A DNA stretch of 64,000 nt from Oscillospiraceae bacterium (lineage in GTDB: Bacteria > Bacillota_I > Bacilli_A > RF39 > UBA660), in assembly GCA_963632935.1 (NCBI GenBank), contig CAVGWA010000004.1, positions 2,576 to 66,575 of the forward strand, in the 5' to 3' direction. Under the pieces are notes generated by a model, which worked only from the letters and a program-made list of their open reading frames with translations, ran no database searches and was not told the DNA's origin. Positions 17,375-26,132 of this stretch are shown here, piece by piece. Numbering within the stretch: the stretch's first letter is position 1; each line of letters begins with the position of its first letter. The position numbers and the translations under genes are program-made.

Positions 17375-18160
17375 TTATCCGTTATTAGATTTTCTTGACT
17401 GAATTTCATCAATTTTATACATTATTTCAGCAACATTTTCTTCATTAACTTCAGTATAACCAAGTTCTTTCATAGCTTGTACTTTTGCTGAATTTATTTC
17501 TAATGTTCTGCTCATTTTATCTTCTAATTTGTGTTCAATTTGAGCGACAAAACGTTTATGTGTTTCTGCAATTCTTGCCTTGCTAGAAGTTCCAGCATGG
17601 TATAAATTTAAAGCTGAAAAAAAGATACTTTCAAATACAAATTGTTCTGTTTCATCATAAACAAACTCATAAGGCTTTGTAAATCCTCCAACTTTAGATA
17701 CATAGGCTAAAATATATTTTAATTCTTTCATGCTTTCCATTGACTGTAAAAAATGATATAAATATAAAATAGAATTATAACCATCTTCATCTTTTTCATC
17801 TTCTAAACGCTCTTTTAATTCATCAACAATATTATGCATAAGTTCTTTTTGCTTATTATTTAAACCGCTGAATATAGCATTATTATCTGACACATTACTT
17901 TTAGTAGTATTTTCAAATAAACTATTAATCCTAGTTTCAACATCCATAATATAATCTGTATCAACTTTAATAGTATTAAGTTCTTCAGCAGATTTAATTC
18001 CTAAAATATTAAGCAAAATAACTTTTTTGTCTTTTGGCCATTTATTAATATCATCAAGTTCTAAATAATTATAAATCATTTGTCTAGATACACCTAAACA
18101 TTTAGCAAGTTTTACTTTAGAAATTCCTAATTCTCTTAAAATGTCATTTAATCTTTCCAT
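17375..18160 (-). CDS. XRE-type HTH protein with uncharacterised ~190 aa C-terminal domain
   Basis: N-terminal HTH LGISKVKLAKCLGVSRQMIYNYL. Upstream TTGACT-17-TAAAAT promoter and RBS GGAGGG. The rest is unrecognised. Confidence 0.6.
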   Translation of the reverse strand: MERLNDILRELGISKVKLAKCLGVSRQMIYNYLELDDINKWPKDKKVILLNILGIKSAEELNTIKVDTDYIMDVETRINSLFENTTKSNVSDNNAIFSGLNNKQKELMHNIVDELKERLEDEKDEDGYNSILYLYHFLQSMESMKELKYILAYVSKVGGFTKPYEFVYDETEQFVFESIFFSALNLYHAGTSSKARIAETHKRFVAQIEHKLEDKMSRTLEINSAKVQAMKELGYTEVNEENVAEIMYKIDEIQSRKSNNG

Positions 18161-18250
18161 AAATTTCGTAACCCTCCTACTATTAATATTTTAACCTACT
18201 ACCCTATCAAAGTCAAGACAAATGTAAAATTATGTATAACACAATAATTA

Positions 18251-19786
18251 TTATTTTTTCTTACTAAACTGAATATTGTCAGAAATATAATTGTTATAAT
18301 AATTAGATTTTTCTTTTAATCCGTTGTTAAATTTTTCAAACCCTATTTTTTCTGTTAATGTTTTTTTATTAGAAAATAAATTGGTACCAAGACCTAATTG
18401 ATCTCCATTAATTTTAAAACCAAGAGACGCTAAAATAGTTGGATAATAATCAAATGAAGTAAACTCACGATTACTTGTATTTTTACTTATAACCCTAGAA
18501 TTAATAAATGTATTATAAATTTTTCTTTTATAATTACTATTATCATACATTTGTTCCAAGTTTTTCTGCATAGATAAATGATCACCAATAATAACGATCG
18601 TTGTATTTTTATAAAAATCTTGTTCTTTTATCCAATTAATAAATTCATAAAGCATACTATCAGTACATGAATAACTATTCAAATATTTTTCATCATATTT
18701 TTCCTTACAACTTTTATCAACATACCCATCAGTAAAGTGTGTATCAGCCGTTAATATAGTAAAATTAAAAGGCTTATTTTTTTTAGATATACGTGTTAAT
18801 TGTTTTTTAGAAAAATTATATAATTTACTATCTTCATAACCCCACCATTCAAAATAGTTTTTATCAATCCACTTTTTATTAATTGCATAACCATAATCAT
18901 ATATATCATAATTTCCGTGCTGAGAAAAATATAAACTTCTACCACCAAACGTTGACATTGAACCAAGCATAAAATAATTGCTATATCCGTTATTTTTTAA
19001 AACTTCACCTAAACTATAAGCCCCAGGTAAATAACTTCCATTATAATCCCAATAAAGATTACCGTCAGCACTACCAATTTTTAATGGAATTCCAGATGAT
19101 GAAGCAACAATACCAGCAATAGTCCAACTAGCACCATATGCCATTGTAGCACCACCAATTTTATTATTATTACTAAAATTAATGTTTTCTTTGGCGAGAT
19201 TTTCTAAATTTGGAATAACACTTTCATTAAAATTACCACCGTTTTCATTTGATAATAATGATGTTTCTAAAGATTCAACATAAATTAAAATTAAATTATT
19301 TTTTTCTTTTGGCGCTTCAATATTAACATTTTTAGGCGAAACATAATATTTATCAAAGAAATGATTATCTTTAACAGCTAAATAGTCAATAAAACCAATA
19401 TTAAAAAATATAGTAAAAATTAAAATTAAAAATAATAATGAATATAAAATTATCCTATTAAGACGCCTAGGACAAGTTAAATTAAATTGAATTTTTTTAT
19501 TTTTAAATTTCAAATTACAAATAACATTATATTTTTTAATCTTATTTATAAAATATAAAAGATATATAAATAAATTTAAACACAAAAACCTAGGTAATAC
19601 ATAAATAAATCCATCTTTTATAACATCATATCCTGTACCCGTAGCTGTTTGCATACTATAAATAAGTTGTTCAAACGAAACATCAGAAAAATCTTTTTTA
19701 ATATAAAATGATAATATAGTTAATAAAAATAATATTTCGAAAATAACAGCAAATATTATTTTATCGACGTTTTTTCTTTTTTTCAT
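18251..19786 (-). CDS. LtaS/MdoB-family sulfatase-fold phosphoglycerol transferase
   Basis: Three N-terminal TMs, then an extracytoplasmic domain with LILIYVESLETS, GASWTIAGIV, FTILTADTHF, IVIIGDHLS. Confidence 0.8.
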   Translation of the reverse strand: MKKRKNVDKIIFAVIFEILFLLTILSFYIKKDFSDVSFEQLIYSMQTATGTGYDVIKDGFIYVLPRFLCLNLFIYLLYFINKIKKYNVICNLKFKNKKIQFNLTCPRRLNRIILYSLLFLILIFTIFFNIGFIDYLAVKDNHFFDKYYVSPKNVNIEAPKEKNNLILIYVESLETSLLSNENGGNFNESVIPNLENLAKENINFSNNNKIGGATMAYGASWTIAGIVASSSGIPLKIGSADGNLYWDYNGSYLPGAYSLGEVLKNNGYSNYFMLGSMSTFGGRSLYFSQHGNYDIYDYGYAINKKWIDKNYFEWWGYEDSKLYNFSKKQLTRISKKNKPFNFTILTADTHFTDGYVDKSCKEKYDEKYLNSYSCTDSMLYEFINWIKEQDFYKNTTIVIIGDHLSMQKNLEQMYDNSNYKRKIYNTFINSRVISKNTSNREFTSFDYYPTILASLGFKINGDQLGLGTNLFSNKKTLTEKIGFEKFNNGLKEKSNYYNNYISDNIQFSKKK

Positions 19787-20102
19787 TTACTTTTTTATAA
19801 ACAATATCAATTGAAAGATTTTTCTGAAAATACATAATTATTAAAACAATAAAAATATTGATGATAATTGACATAATCATAAATTTACTAAATAATATTG
19901 GTTTATCATCAATACTATTAAATAAACCAGATTCAACACCAAATAATATTTTAGAAAGTACTGCATTAAAGCAACTTGATAAACCTAATAAAATAAAATA
20001 ATAATAAATTGTATTTTTTAAACTTAACCCCTTATTTAAATAATCCAATAATTTAGTAGCAATTAAACTAGGAATTAGAATTGCTATTAAACCATACAAC
20101 AT
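19761..20102 (-). CDS. Three-TM membrane protein, possibly the detached N-terminus of the LtaS-family gene
   Basis: 113 aa, hydrophobic. Overlaps the next ORF by 26 nt across an A7-G-A6 tract (coding strand). Confidence 0.4.
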   Translation of the reverse strand: MLYGLIAILIPSLIATKLLDYLNKGLSLKNTIYYYFILLGLSSCFNAVLSKILFGVESGLFNSIDDKPILFSKFMIMSIIINIFIVLIIMYFQKNLSIDIVYKKVNEKKKKRR

Positions 20103-20106
20103 AAAA

Positions 20107-21192
20107 TCACCTGCTTTTAAAAACTTCTTTTATAATTCCGCCACCTAAACATTCTTCTTTATTATAAAATACGCACGCTTGACCTTCTGTTACAGCTTTA
20201 ATTCCTTGTGGATATTTAACTAAAACATTACCATTTTCTAATATTTCGGTATATACTTCATTATCTTTTTGTCTATACCTAAATTTTGCTGTACATTTTT
20301 TAGGAAGTTCGTCTAGTAAATTAACCGCTTCAATAATAGCACTATAACTTAATAAATATTTATTTTCATCACCCATAGCAACATATAAAATATTTTTTTC
20401 TAAATCTTTTTTACAAACAAATAATCTTTCCTTACTACCACCTATATTTAATCCCCTTCGTTGTCCAACTGTATAATACATTAAGCCTATATGTTTTCCT
20501 AAAACTTCATTTGTATCAATATTTACAATATTACCTGGATTATTAGGTAAATAATTTTCTAAAAATTTTTTAAAATTTCTTTCACCTATAAAACATATAC
20601 CAGTTGAATCTTTTTTATCTGCTGTAATTAAATCATATTCATGGGCTATTTTTCTAACTTCTGTTTTATTTAACTCTCCTACTGGAAATAAAACCTTTTC
20701 AAATTGTTTTTTAGTAACTTGTGATAAAAAATAAGACTGATCTTTATTTTCATCATCACCGCGGTATAATTTTCCATCTTTTATTTTAGCATAATGTCCA
20801 GTTGCAATATAATCTGCTCCTAATTTAATAGCTTCTTTTAAGAACATATCAAATTTAATATACTTGTTGCACATAATATCTGGATTAGGCGTTCTTCCTT
20901 TTTTTAATTCATCTAAAAAATAAGTAAAAACATAATCCCAATATTCTTTAACAAAATCTACTCTTTTTAAAGGTATTCCTATTTTTTCACATACTTTTAA
21001 TGCATCATTATAATCTTTCTCTTGAGGGCATATATCGTTTAAATCATTAGGATTACCTAAAAAATCATTATTAATTGTACTATCCCAGTTTCTCATAAAA
21101 AGCCCAATAACTTCATAGCCTTGATTTTTTAATAAAATAGCTGCAACACTGCTATCTACACCACCACTCATACCAACTACAACTTTTTTCAT
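20107..21192 (-). CDS. mnmA: tRNA 2-thiouridine(34) synthase MnmA
   Basis: PP-loop [15 protein letters not shown], ...CNKYIKF..., ...DSTGICFIG... Confidence 0.95.
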   Translation of the reverse strand: MKKVVVGMSGGVDSSVAAILLKNQGYEVIGLFMRNWDSTINNDFLGNPNDLNDICPQEKDYNDALKVCEKIGIPLKRVDFVKEYWDYVFTYFLDELKKGRTPNPDIMCNKYIKFDMFLKEAIKLGADYIATGHYAKIKDGKLYRGDDENKDQSYFLSQVTKKQFEKVLFPVGELNKTEVRKIAHEYDLITADKKDSTGICFIGERNFKKFLENYLPNNPGNIVNIDTNEVLGKHIGLMYYTVGQRRGLNIGGSKERLFVCKKDLEKNILYVAMGDENKYLLSYSAIIEAVNLLDELPKKCTAKFRYRQKDNEVYTEILENGNVLVKYPQGIKAVTEGQACVFYNKEECLGGGIIKEVFKSR

Positions 21193-21249
21193 GCATACCA
21201 CTCTTTTCTTTTTAATATTATAACAAAAAAATAGTTATAAAAGCTATCT

Positions 21250-21876
21250 TTATATAACATTATTTAAAATTTTAAGTAAATAAGGCATACAATATACTTC
21301 ATATAATGTGCTTATAGACAAAATGATTAAAGAAAACATTAATATAAAATTATATCTTTGAAAAATATTTTTAAAATCAAATGAAGTTTTTTTCATAAAA
21401 CTATTTATTAATTTATAAGATAAAACTAAAGCATAAGACGATATTAGAATGTATATCATCATGTTAATTACATGATGTGGAACTATATATATAAATGAAA
21501 GTATAATACCTTTAAATTTAAAATTAATAATAATAGAGGCTAAAGAAAATCCTAAAGAAAAAGATTTAACAAATAAAATTAATATTATAAAAATAAAACC
21601 AATAACTGATATTCCTAATAGCCAAATTAATAATCCAATACCTAACGTAAAAACTAATGTATTGGTTAAAGTTATACCATAATTTAATTTTGATGAATTT
21701 ATACTATTTAAAAAATCATTTAAATAATTAGTTACTATTTGTTTATCACTACTATTTAAAAATGTAACAAATATACTTCCACTAGCTAATCCTACAGCCA
21801 CAATAACAGCTAAAAACACAAATAAATTTTTATTAATGCGAATATTGTTTTTAATAATGTTCATATATTTTTTCAT
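21250..21876 (-). CDS. spoIIM: Stage II sporulation protein M-like membrane protein (DUF95)
   Basis: 208 aa, five TMs. N-terminal layout (NIRINKNLFVFLAVIVAVGLASGSIF) and size fit SpoIIM. Confidence 0.55.
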   Translation of the reverse strand: MKKYMNIIKNNIRINKNLFVFLAVIVAVGLASGSIFVTFLNSSDKQIVTNYLNDFLNSINSSKLNYGITLTNTLVFTLGIGLLIWLLGISVIGFIFIILILFVKSFSLGFSLASIIINFKFKGIILSFIYIVPHHVINMMIYILISSYALVLSYKLINSFMKKTSFDFKNIFQRYNFILMFSLIILSISTLYEVYCMPYLLKILNNVI

Positions 21877-21966
21877 ATTTTATCCCTCATCAAATTATAC
21901 TCTTTTGAATAAAAAATATTCCAAAATATAAGAAAATATATTATAATTAAAAGCGAGGTGAAAAAT

Positions 21967-22056
21967 ATGAATCCTAAAGTACAAAAAATTGCCGTTTGGA
22001 TTATGCTTATCGGTATTATTGCCTTTTTTATAGCCGGTCTATTTGTATACGTATAA
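21967..22056 (+). CDS. 29-aa single-TM peptide (below ORF-track cutoff)
   Basis: MNPKVQKIAVWIMLIGIIAFFIAGLFVYV. RBS GAGGTGA 7 nt upstream, TATAAT upstream, terminator immediately downstream. Confidence 0.5.
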   Translation: MNPKVQKIAVWIMLIGIIAFFIAGLFVYV

Positions 22057-22080
22057 AACGCTCAATTAAGAGCGTTTTTA
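22056..22080. terminator. Bidirectional terminator
   Basis: AAAACGCTC AATTAA GAGCGTTTTT. Confidence 0.65.
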
Positions 22081-22953
22081 ATATTTTATACAGTCATTTA
22101 TAATATAATCAATAATTTTTTCATTAGTTTCCTTAATATAATGAATACCATCATCAGATTTAAATTTTAATTCATCATAAGCATTACAATAATAAATATT
22201 TTCTTCTTTAGAATTATTTATTTTTTTTATAATTTCTTTATTAAATTCTTCTATTTTTTTATTTGTTCTTGTATTATACTTTTGTGTCTCATTTAATCTT
22301 TTTTCAAATATTGGATTAATAGATAAAACATATAAATTTATTTTTGAATTATATTGAGCCAATTTTTCATATTCATCAAAATACTCATCAGCTCTTTTTT
22401 TAATATCTATATCATCATTTAAATCATTCACACCCATATTTACAACAATATTATATTTATCATAATTACCATTCTTTAAAATTTTATATGCCCTAGGTAA
22501 AGCTTCATCATGAAACCAAGTATATTTCATTGCACTTTTAGCAATAAAATCAAAATTTCCCGGCTTAATTAAATTTTCATCGTCTTCCATCAATTCCATT
22601 CTAGAATCGCCAATAATTAATACCCTATTGTTATTTAAATAATTTGTTTCATTTTCAATACTTTTATAAAATATATTAGAAGCACTTCCATAGTATTTAC
22701 ACGCACAATTTTTAACAGATGAACTATAAATAAGCCATATAAACATAAAAACTAAAAAACCAACAAATACTAAGCTAAAAAACATAATTATAATTTTAAT
22801 ATAAATTTTATTTTTTATTTTTTCTAATATATTATCATTTTTAATTAAAAAACATAATCCTATTAAAAAAACAAGTACAAAAAAACAGCAAAGATCAAAA
22901 AAACTCGTATGTACAAATGTAAAAATTATGTCTTCATCACAAATTTTAAGCAC
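22078..22953 (-). CDS. Membrane-anchored SGNH/GDSL hydrolase
   Basis: N-terminal TMs, then VLIIGDSRM (block I Ser), GVNDL (block III), DDGIHY (block V Asp/His). GTG start after GGTGA. Confidence 0.7.
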   Translation of the reverse strand: MLKICDEDIIFTFVHTSFFDLCCFFVLVFLIGLCFLIKNDNILEKIKNKIYIKIIIMFFSLVFVGFLVFMFIWLIYSSSVKNCACKYYGSASNIFYKSIENETNYLNNNRVLIIGDSRMELMEDDENLIKPGNFDFIAKSAMKYTWFHDEALPRAYKILKNGNYDKYNIVVNMGVNDLNDDIDIKKRADEYFDEYEKLAQYNSKINLYVLSINPIFEKRLNETQKYNTRTNKKIEEFNKEIIKKINNSKEENIYYCNAYDELKFKSDDGIHYIKETNEKIIDYIINDCIKY

Positions 22954-23088
22954 AGTTAATCACCACAAACTATATTATCACATCTAAAATATATGTCAAA
23001 TAAAATTACCATAAAATTCTACTTTTATATTAAAAAAATAAATTCATAATAATAATGTAGTCTGATTTTAAAAAAAGGAGATGATTAT

Positions 23089-24081
23089 TTGTTTTATAAA
23101 AAAATTAAACAGGCTATCTTCTTATTTCTTTTAACATTTGTTATTATACCCATAAATGCATTTGCGTATTCAGATAGAATAATTGCAGGTGGACAAAACA
23201 TTGGTATTTCACTTAATTCAAAAGGTGTATTAATTGTGGGAACATATGAAGTAAATAATACTTCTATAGCTTCAAACGCAGGCTTAAAAGCTGGTGATAG
23301 TATAATAAAAATAAATGATAACCAGATAAATTCTATTAATGAAATGGCGACTCAGATAAACAATAGTAAAGATAATGAAGTTAAAATAACTTATTTGCAT
23401 AATAATAAGGAAAAACAAACAACACTAAAACTTTATAAAGATGAAAATGGAATTTATAAAACTGGGCTTTATGTTAAAGATAGTATCACAGGTATTGGAA
23501 CACTTACCTTTATTGATCCAAATACAAAAAAATTTGGAGCACTAGGTCATGAAATTCAAGAACAAACAACTGGCAAAATATTTGAAATAAAAGATGGTAA
23601 AATATTTCCATCTAAAGTAACAGGTGTTATACCAAGTTCTGATGGAAATCCTGGTGAGAAAAAAGCTGAATATAATAAAAATGAAAAAACTGGTGAAATT
23701 GAAGAGAATACAACTCAAGGAATATTTGGCAATTACACTGACAAAATTAAAAATAGTAAAACTTATAAAGTAGCAAAACCCAGTGAAATAAAAACTGGTA
23801 GTGCGAAAATATTAACAGTCTTAAGTGGCGATGTTGTTAAAGAATATGAAATAAATATTACCCAAATCAATACCGAAAAACAAAAAAATAAAAATTTTAT
23901 ATTTGAGATTACTGATAAAGATTTATTAAGTCAAACGAATGGTATAATTCAAGGAATGAGTGGCTCCCCTATTATTCAAGGTGATAATATCATAGGTGCG
24001 GTTACCCATGTTATTGTTGAAAATCCCCATAAGGGATATGGTATATTTATAACAAATATGTTGGAAGAAACAGAAAAATAA
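23089..24081 (+). CDS. spoIVB: SpoIVB signalling serine peptidase (S55) with PDZ domain
   Basis: GGQNIGISLNSKGVLIVG, PDZ (AGLKAGDSIIKIND), GIGTLTFIDPNTKKFGALGH, GMSGSPII. TTG start after AAGGAG. Confidence 0.9.
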   Translation: MFYKKIKQAIFLFLLTFVIIPINAFAYSDRIIAGGQNIGISLNSKGVLIVGTYEVNNTSIASNAGLKAGDSIIKINDNQINSINEMATQINNSKDNEVKITYLHNNKEKQTTLKLYKDENGIYKTGLYVKDSITGIGTLTFIDPNTKKFGALGHEIQEQTTGKIFEIKDGKIFPSKVTGVIPSSDGNPGEKKAEYNKNEKTGEIEENTTQGIFGNYTDKIKNSKTYKVAKPSEIKTGSAKILTVLSGDVVKEYEINITQINTEKQKNKNFIFEITDKDLLSQTNGIIQGMSGSPIIQGDNIIGAVTHVIVENPHKGYGIFITNMLEETEK

Positions 24082-24102
24082 GAGAATTATCTCTTATTTT
24101 TT
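24080..24102. terminator. Bidirectional hairpin between spoIVB and the acyltransferase gene
   Basis: AAGAGA ATTA TCTCTT followed by ATTTTTT. Confidence 0.5.
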
Positions 24103-25156
24103 AAAATATCTTTTTAAATATAGGTATTTTTCGTATTAAATAAAATAATATATCTAATATAATAAAAACTATAATAACATTTAAAAATGCCCCTATAAAC
24201 GAATTAAATACATATATCTTGTTTATAATAGAAAAATCATGAATAATTCCTATCAAAGGAACATGAAATAAATAAATACCAAATACAGAACTACTAGATA
24301 TGGTTATAAATTTTTCAAATTTCCATTTCTTTTTATTATCTAAATAATATTTAAATATTACAAATAAACACATTGATGAAATAGCAACAGGTAGATATGA
24401 AAATTCTAATAGAAAATCATTATAATCTCCTGTTGTCTTATAACAGCAAAATAAGTAACAAGCATTAATAATATTAGTAATTATAAAAGTAATTATACAT
24501 ATATAATTTTCTTTTCTATTAATCTTTTTTTTATTTATATAATGTCCAAAAACAAAATAACCTACAGCAATAGAAAACATGGTTGTTACAAGTCTATTAT
24601 TAAATCCTAGGCTATAACTTATATTTCCTTTAAATAATATATAAATTATTGAACCACTAAATGATGGAATAAATTCCATAAAACTTGCCATAATTACAAA
24701 AAGTAAAATAAACATTTTATAATCTTTTTCTTTAAAACCCTTAATCATTTCTTGTAAAAATGGTAAAACAATATATAAACCTATAAGCATATAAATATAC
24801 CATCCCCAATATGGTATATAATTATAATTCCCACCAGACCATATATAGAAAATAATTTTTAACGGATTTTTCTTGTAAAATATACAAAAGAAAATACAAG
24901 AAATTATATAAGCAATAAAAACTCTTACTATTCTTTTTGTAAATACTTCCTTATAACTAGTTTTTCTATTTAAAAGAAGTGCTCCTGATGCCATTATAAA
25001 AAGTGGCACAGCAACTTTACAAATAGAAAATAAAGTTAATTTCATAAATATACCTAAATTACTAGAAGGCATTACATACATATGTGTATGATTGTAAATT
25101 ACAAATAATATAGCAAGAATTTTTAAAGCATCTAAATAAAGTATTCTATTTTTCAT
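24101..25156 (-). CDS. Acyltransferase family 3 (AT3) membrane O-acyltransferase
   Basis: 351 aa, ~10 TM. N-terminal RILYLDALKILAILFVIYNHT is typical of Acyl_transf_3. Confidence 0.8.
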   Translation of the reverse strand: MKNRILYLDALKILAILFVIYNHTHMYVMPSSNLGIFMKLTLFSICKVAVPLFIMASGALLLNRKTSYKEVFTKRIVRVFIAYIISCIFFCIFYKKNPLKIIFYIWSGGNYNYIPYWGWYIYMLIGLYIVLPFLQEMIKGFKEKDYKMFILLFVIMASFMEFIPSFSGSIIYILFKGNISYSLGFNNRLVTTMFSIAVGYFVFGHYINKKKINRKENYICIITFIITNIINACYLFCCYKTTGDYNDFLLEFSYLPVAISSMCLFVIFKYYLDNKKKWKFEKFITISSSSVFGIYLFHVPLIGIIHDFSIINKIYVFNSFIGAFLNVIIVFIILDILFYLIRKIPIFKKIF

Positions 25157-26093
25157 TTAAATCTTTTTCAGTTTCTGCAGTTATATAAATTGGTCTTGCT
25201 TTAACTTCTAGGTAAGCTTTTGATAAATACTGTCCAATAATACCAGTACATAAAAGTTGTACGCCACCTATGAAAAACATTATACATGCCATACTTGGCC
25301 ATCCACTTGTAGGATCACCATATGTTAATGTTCTAACAATAATTAAAATTATTAACACAAAAGCTATAAAGCAAAATAATATACCCATAACAGAAGCTAT
25401 TGAAAGTGGTACGGTAGAAAAAGCCACAATACTTTCTAAGGAATACAAAAACAATTTAAAAAATGACCATTTTGTAGTTCCTGCAGCTCTTTCAATATTT
25501 TCATATTCAAGCCATTTTGTCTTATATCCAACCCATGAAAATATACCTTTAGAAAAACGATTATATTCTTTTAAAGATAAAACAGAATCTACCATTTGTC
25601 TTGTCATTAATCTAAAATCGCGTGCTCCATCTACTATTTCAGTTTTTGAAATTTTATTGATTAATTTATAATACATTCTCGCAAAAAAGCTTCTAATTGG
25701 AGGTTCTCCTTTTCTTGTTACTCTCCTTGTTGCTACACTATCATATTCTTTTGTTTCTAATATATCATACATTTCTTTTAAAAGTGCTGGTGGGTCTTGT
25801 AAATCTGCATCCATTATAGCTGCATAATCACCAGTAGACGCTTCTAGTCCAGCATACATTGCTGCTTCTTTTCCAAAATTTCTTGAAAATGAAACATATC
25901 TAACTTGTTTATCTTTTTTAGCAAGTTCTCGCATTAATTCTAATGTTTTATCCTTACTTCCATCATTAACAAATATGATTTCAAAATTTGCCTCTTTATT
26001 AAATTCTTTTTCTACTTTTTTTACTTCTTCATAAAATATTTTTATCACTTCTTGTTCATTATAACACGGAACAATTAAAGATATTTTTTTCAT
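25146..26093 (-). CDS. GT2 polyprenyl-phosphate sugar synthase (GtrB/CsbB/DPM1-like)
   Basis: ISLIVPCYNE..., VNDGSKD, DADLQDPP, plus two C-terminal TMs as in GtrB-type enzymes. Confidence 0.85.
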   Translation of the reverse strand: MKKISLIVPCYNEQEVIKIFYEEVKKVEKEFNKEANFEIIFVNDGSKDKTLELMRELAKKDKQVRYVSFSRNFGKEAAMYAGLEASTGDYAAIMDADLQDPPALLKEMYDILETKEYDSVATRRVTRKGEPPIRSFFARMYYKLINKISKTEIVDGARDFRLMTRQMVDSVLSLKEYNRFSKGIFSWVGYKTKWLEYENIERAAGTTKWSFFKLFLYSLESIVAFSTVPLSIASVMGILFCFIAFVLIILIIVRTLTYGDPTSGWPSMACIMFFIGGVQLLCTGIIGQYLSKAYLEVKARPIYITAETEKDLNEK

Positions 26094-26132
26094 TATCTCA
26101 CCTCTACACTAATATTATCATATTTTATATAT

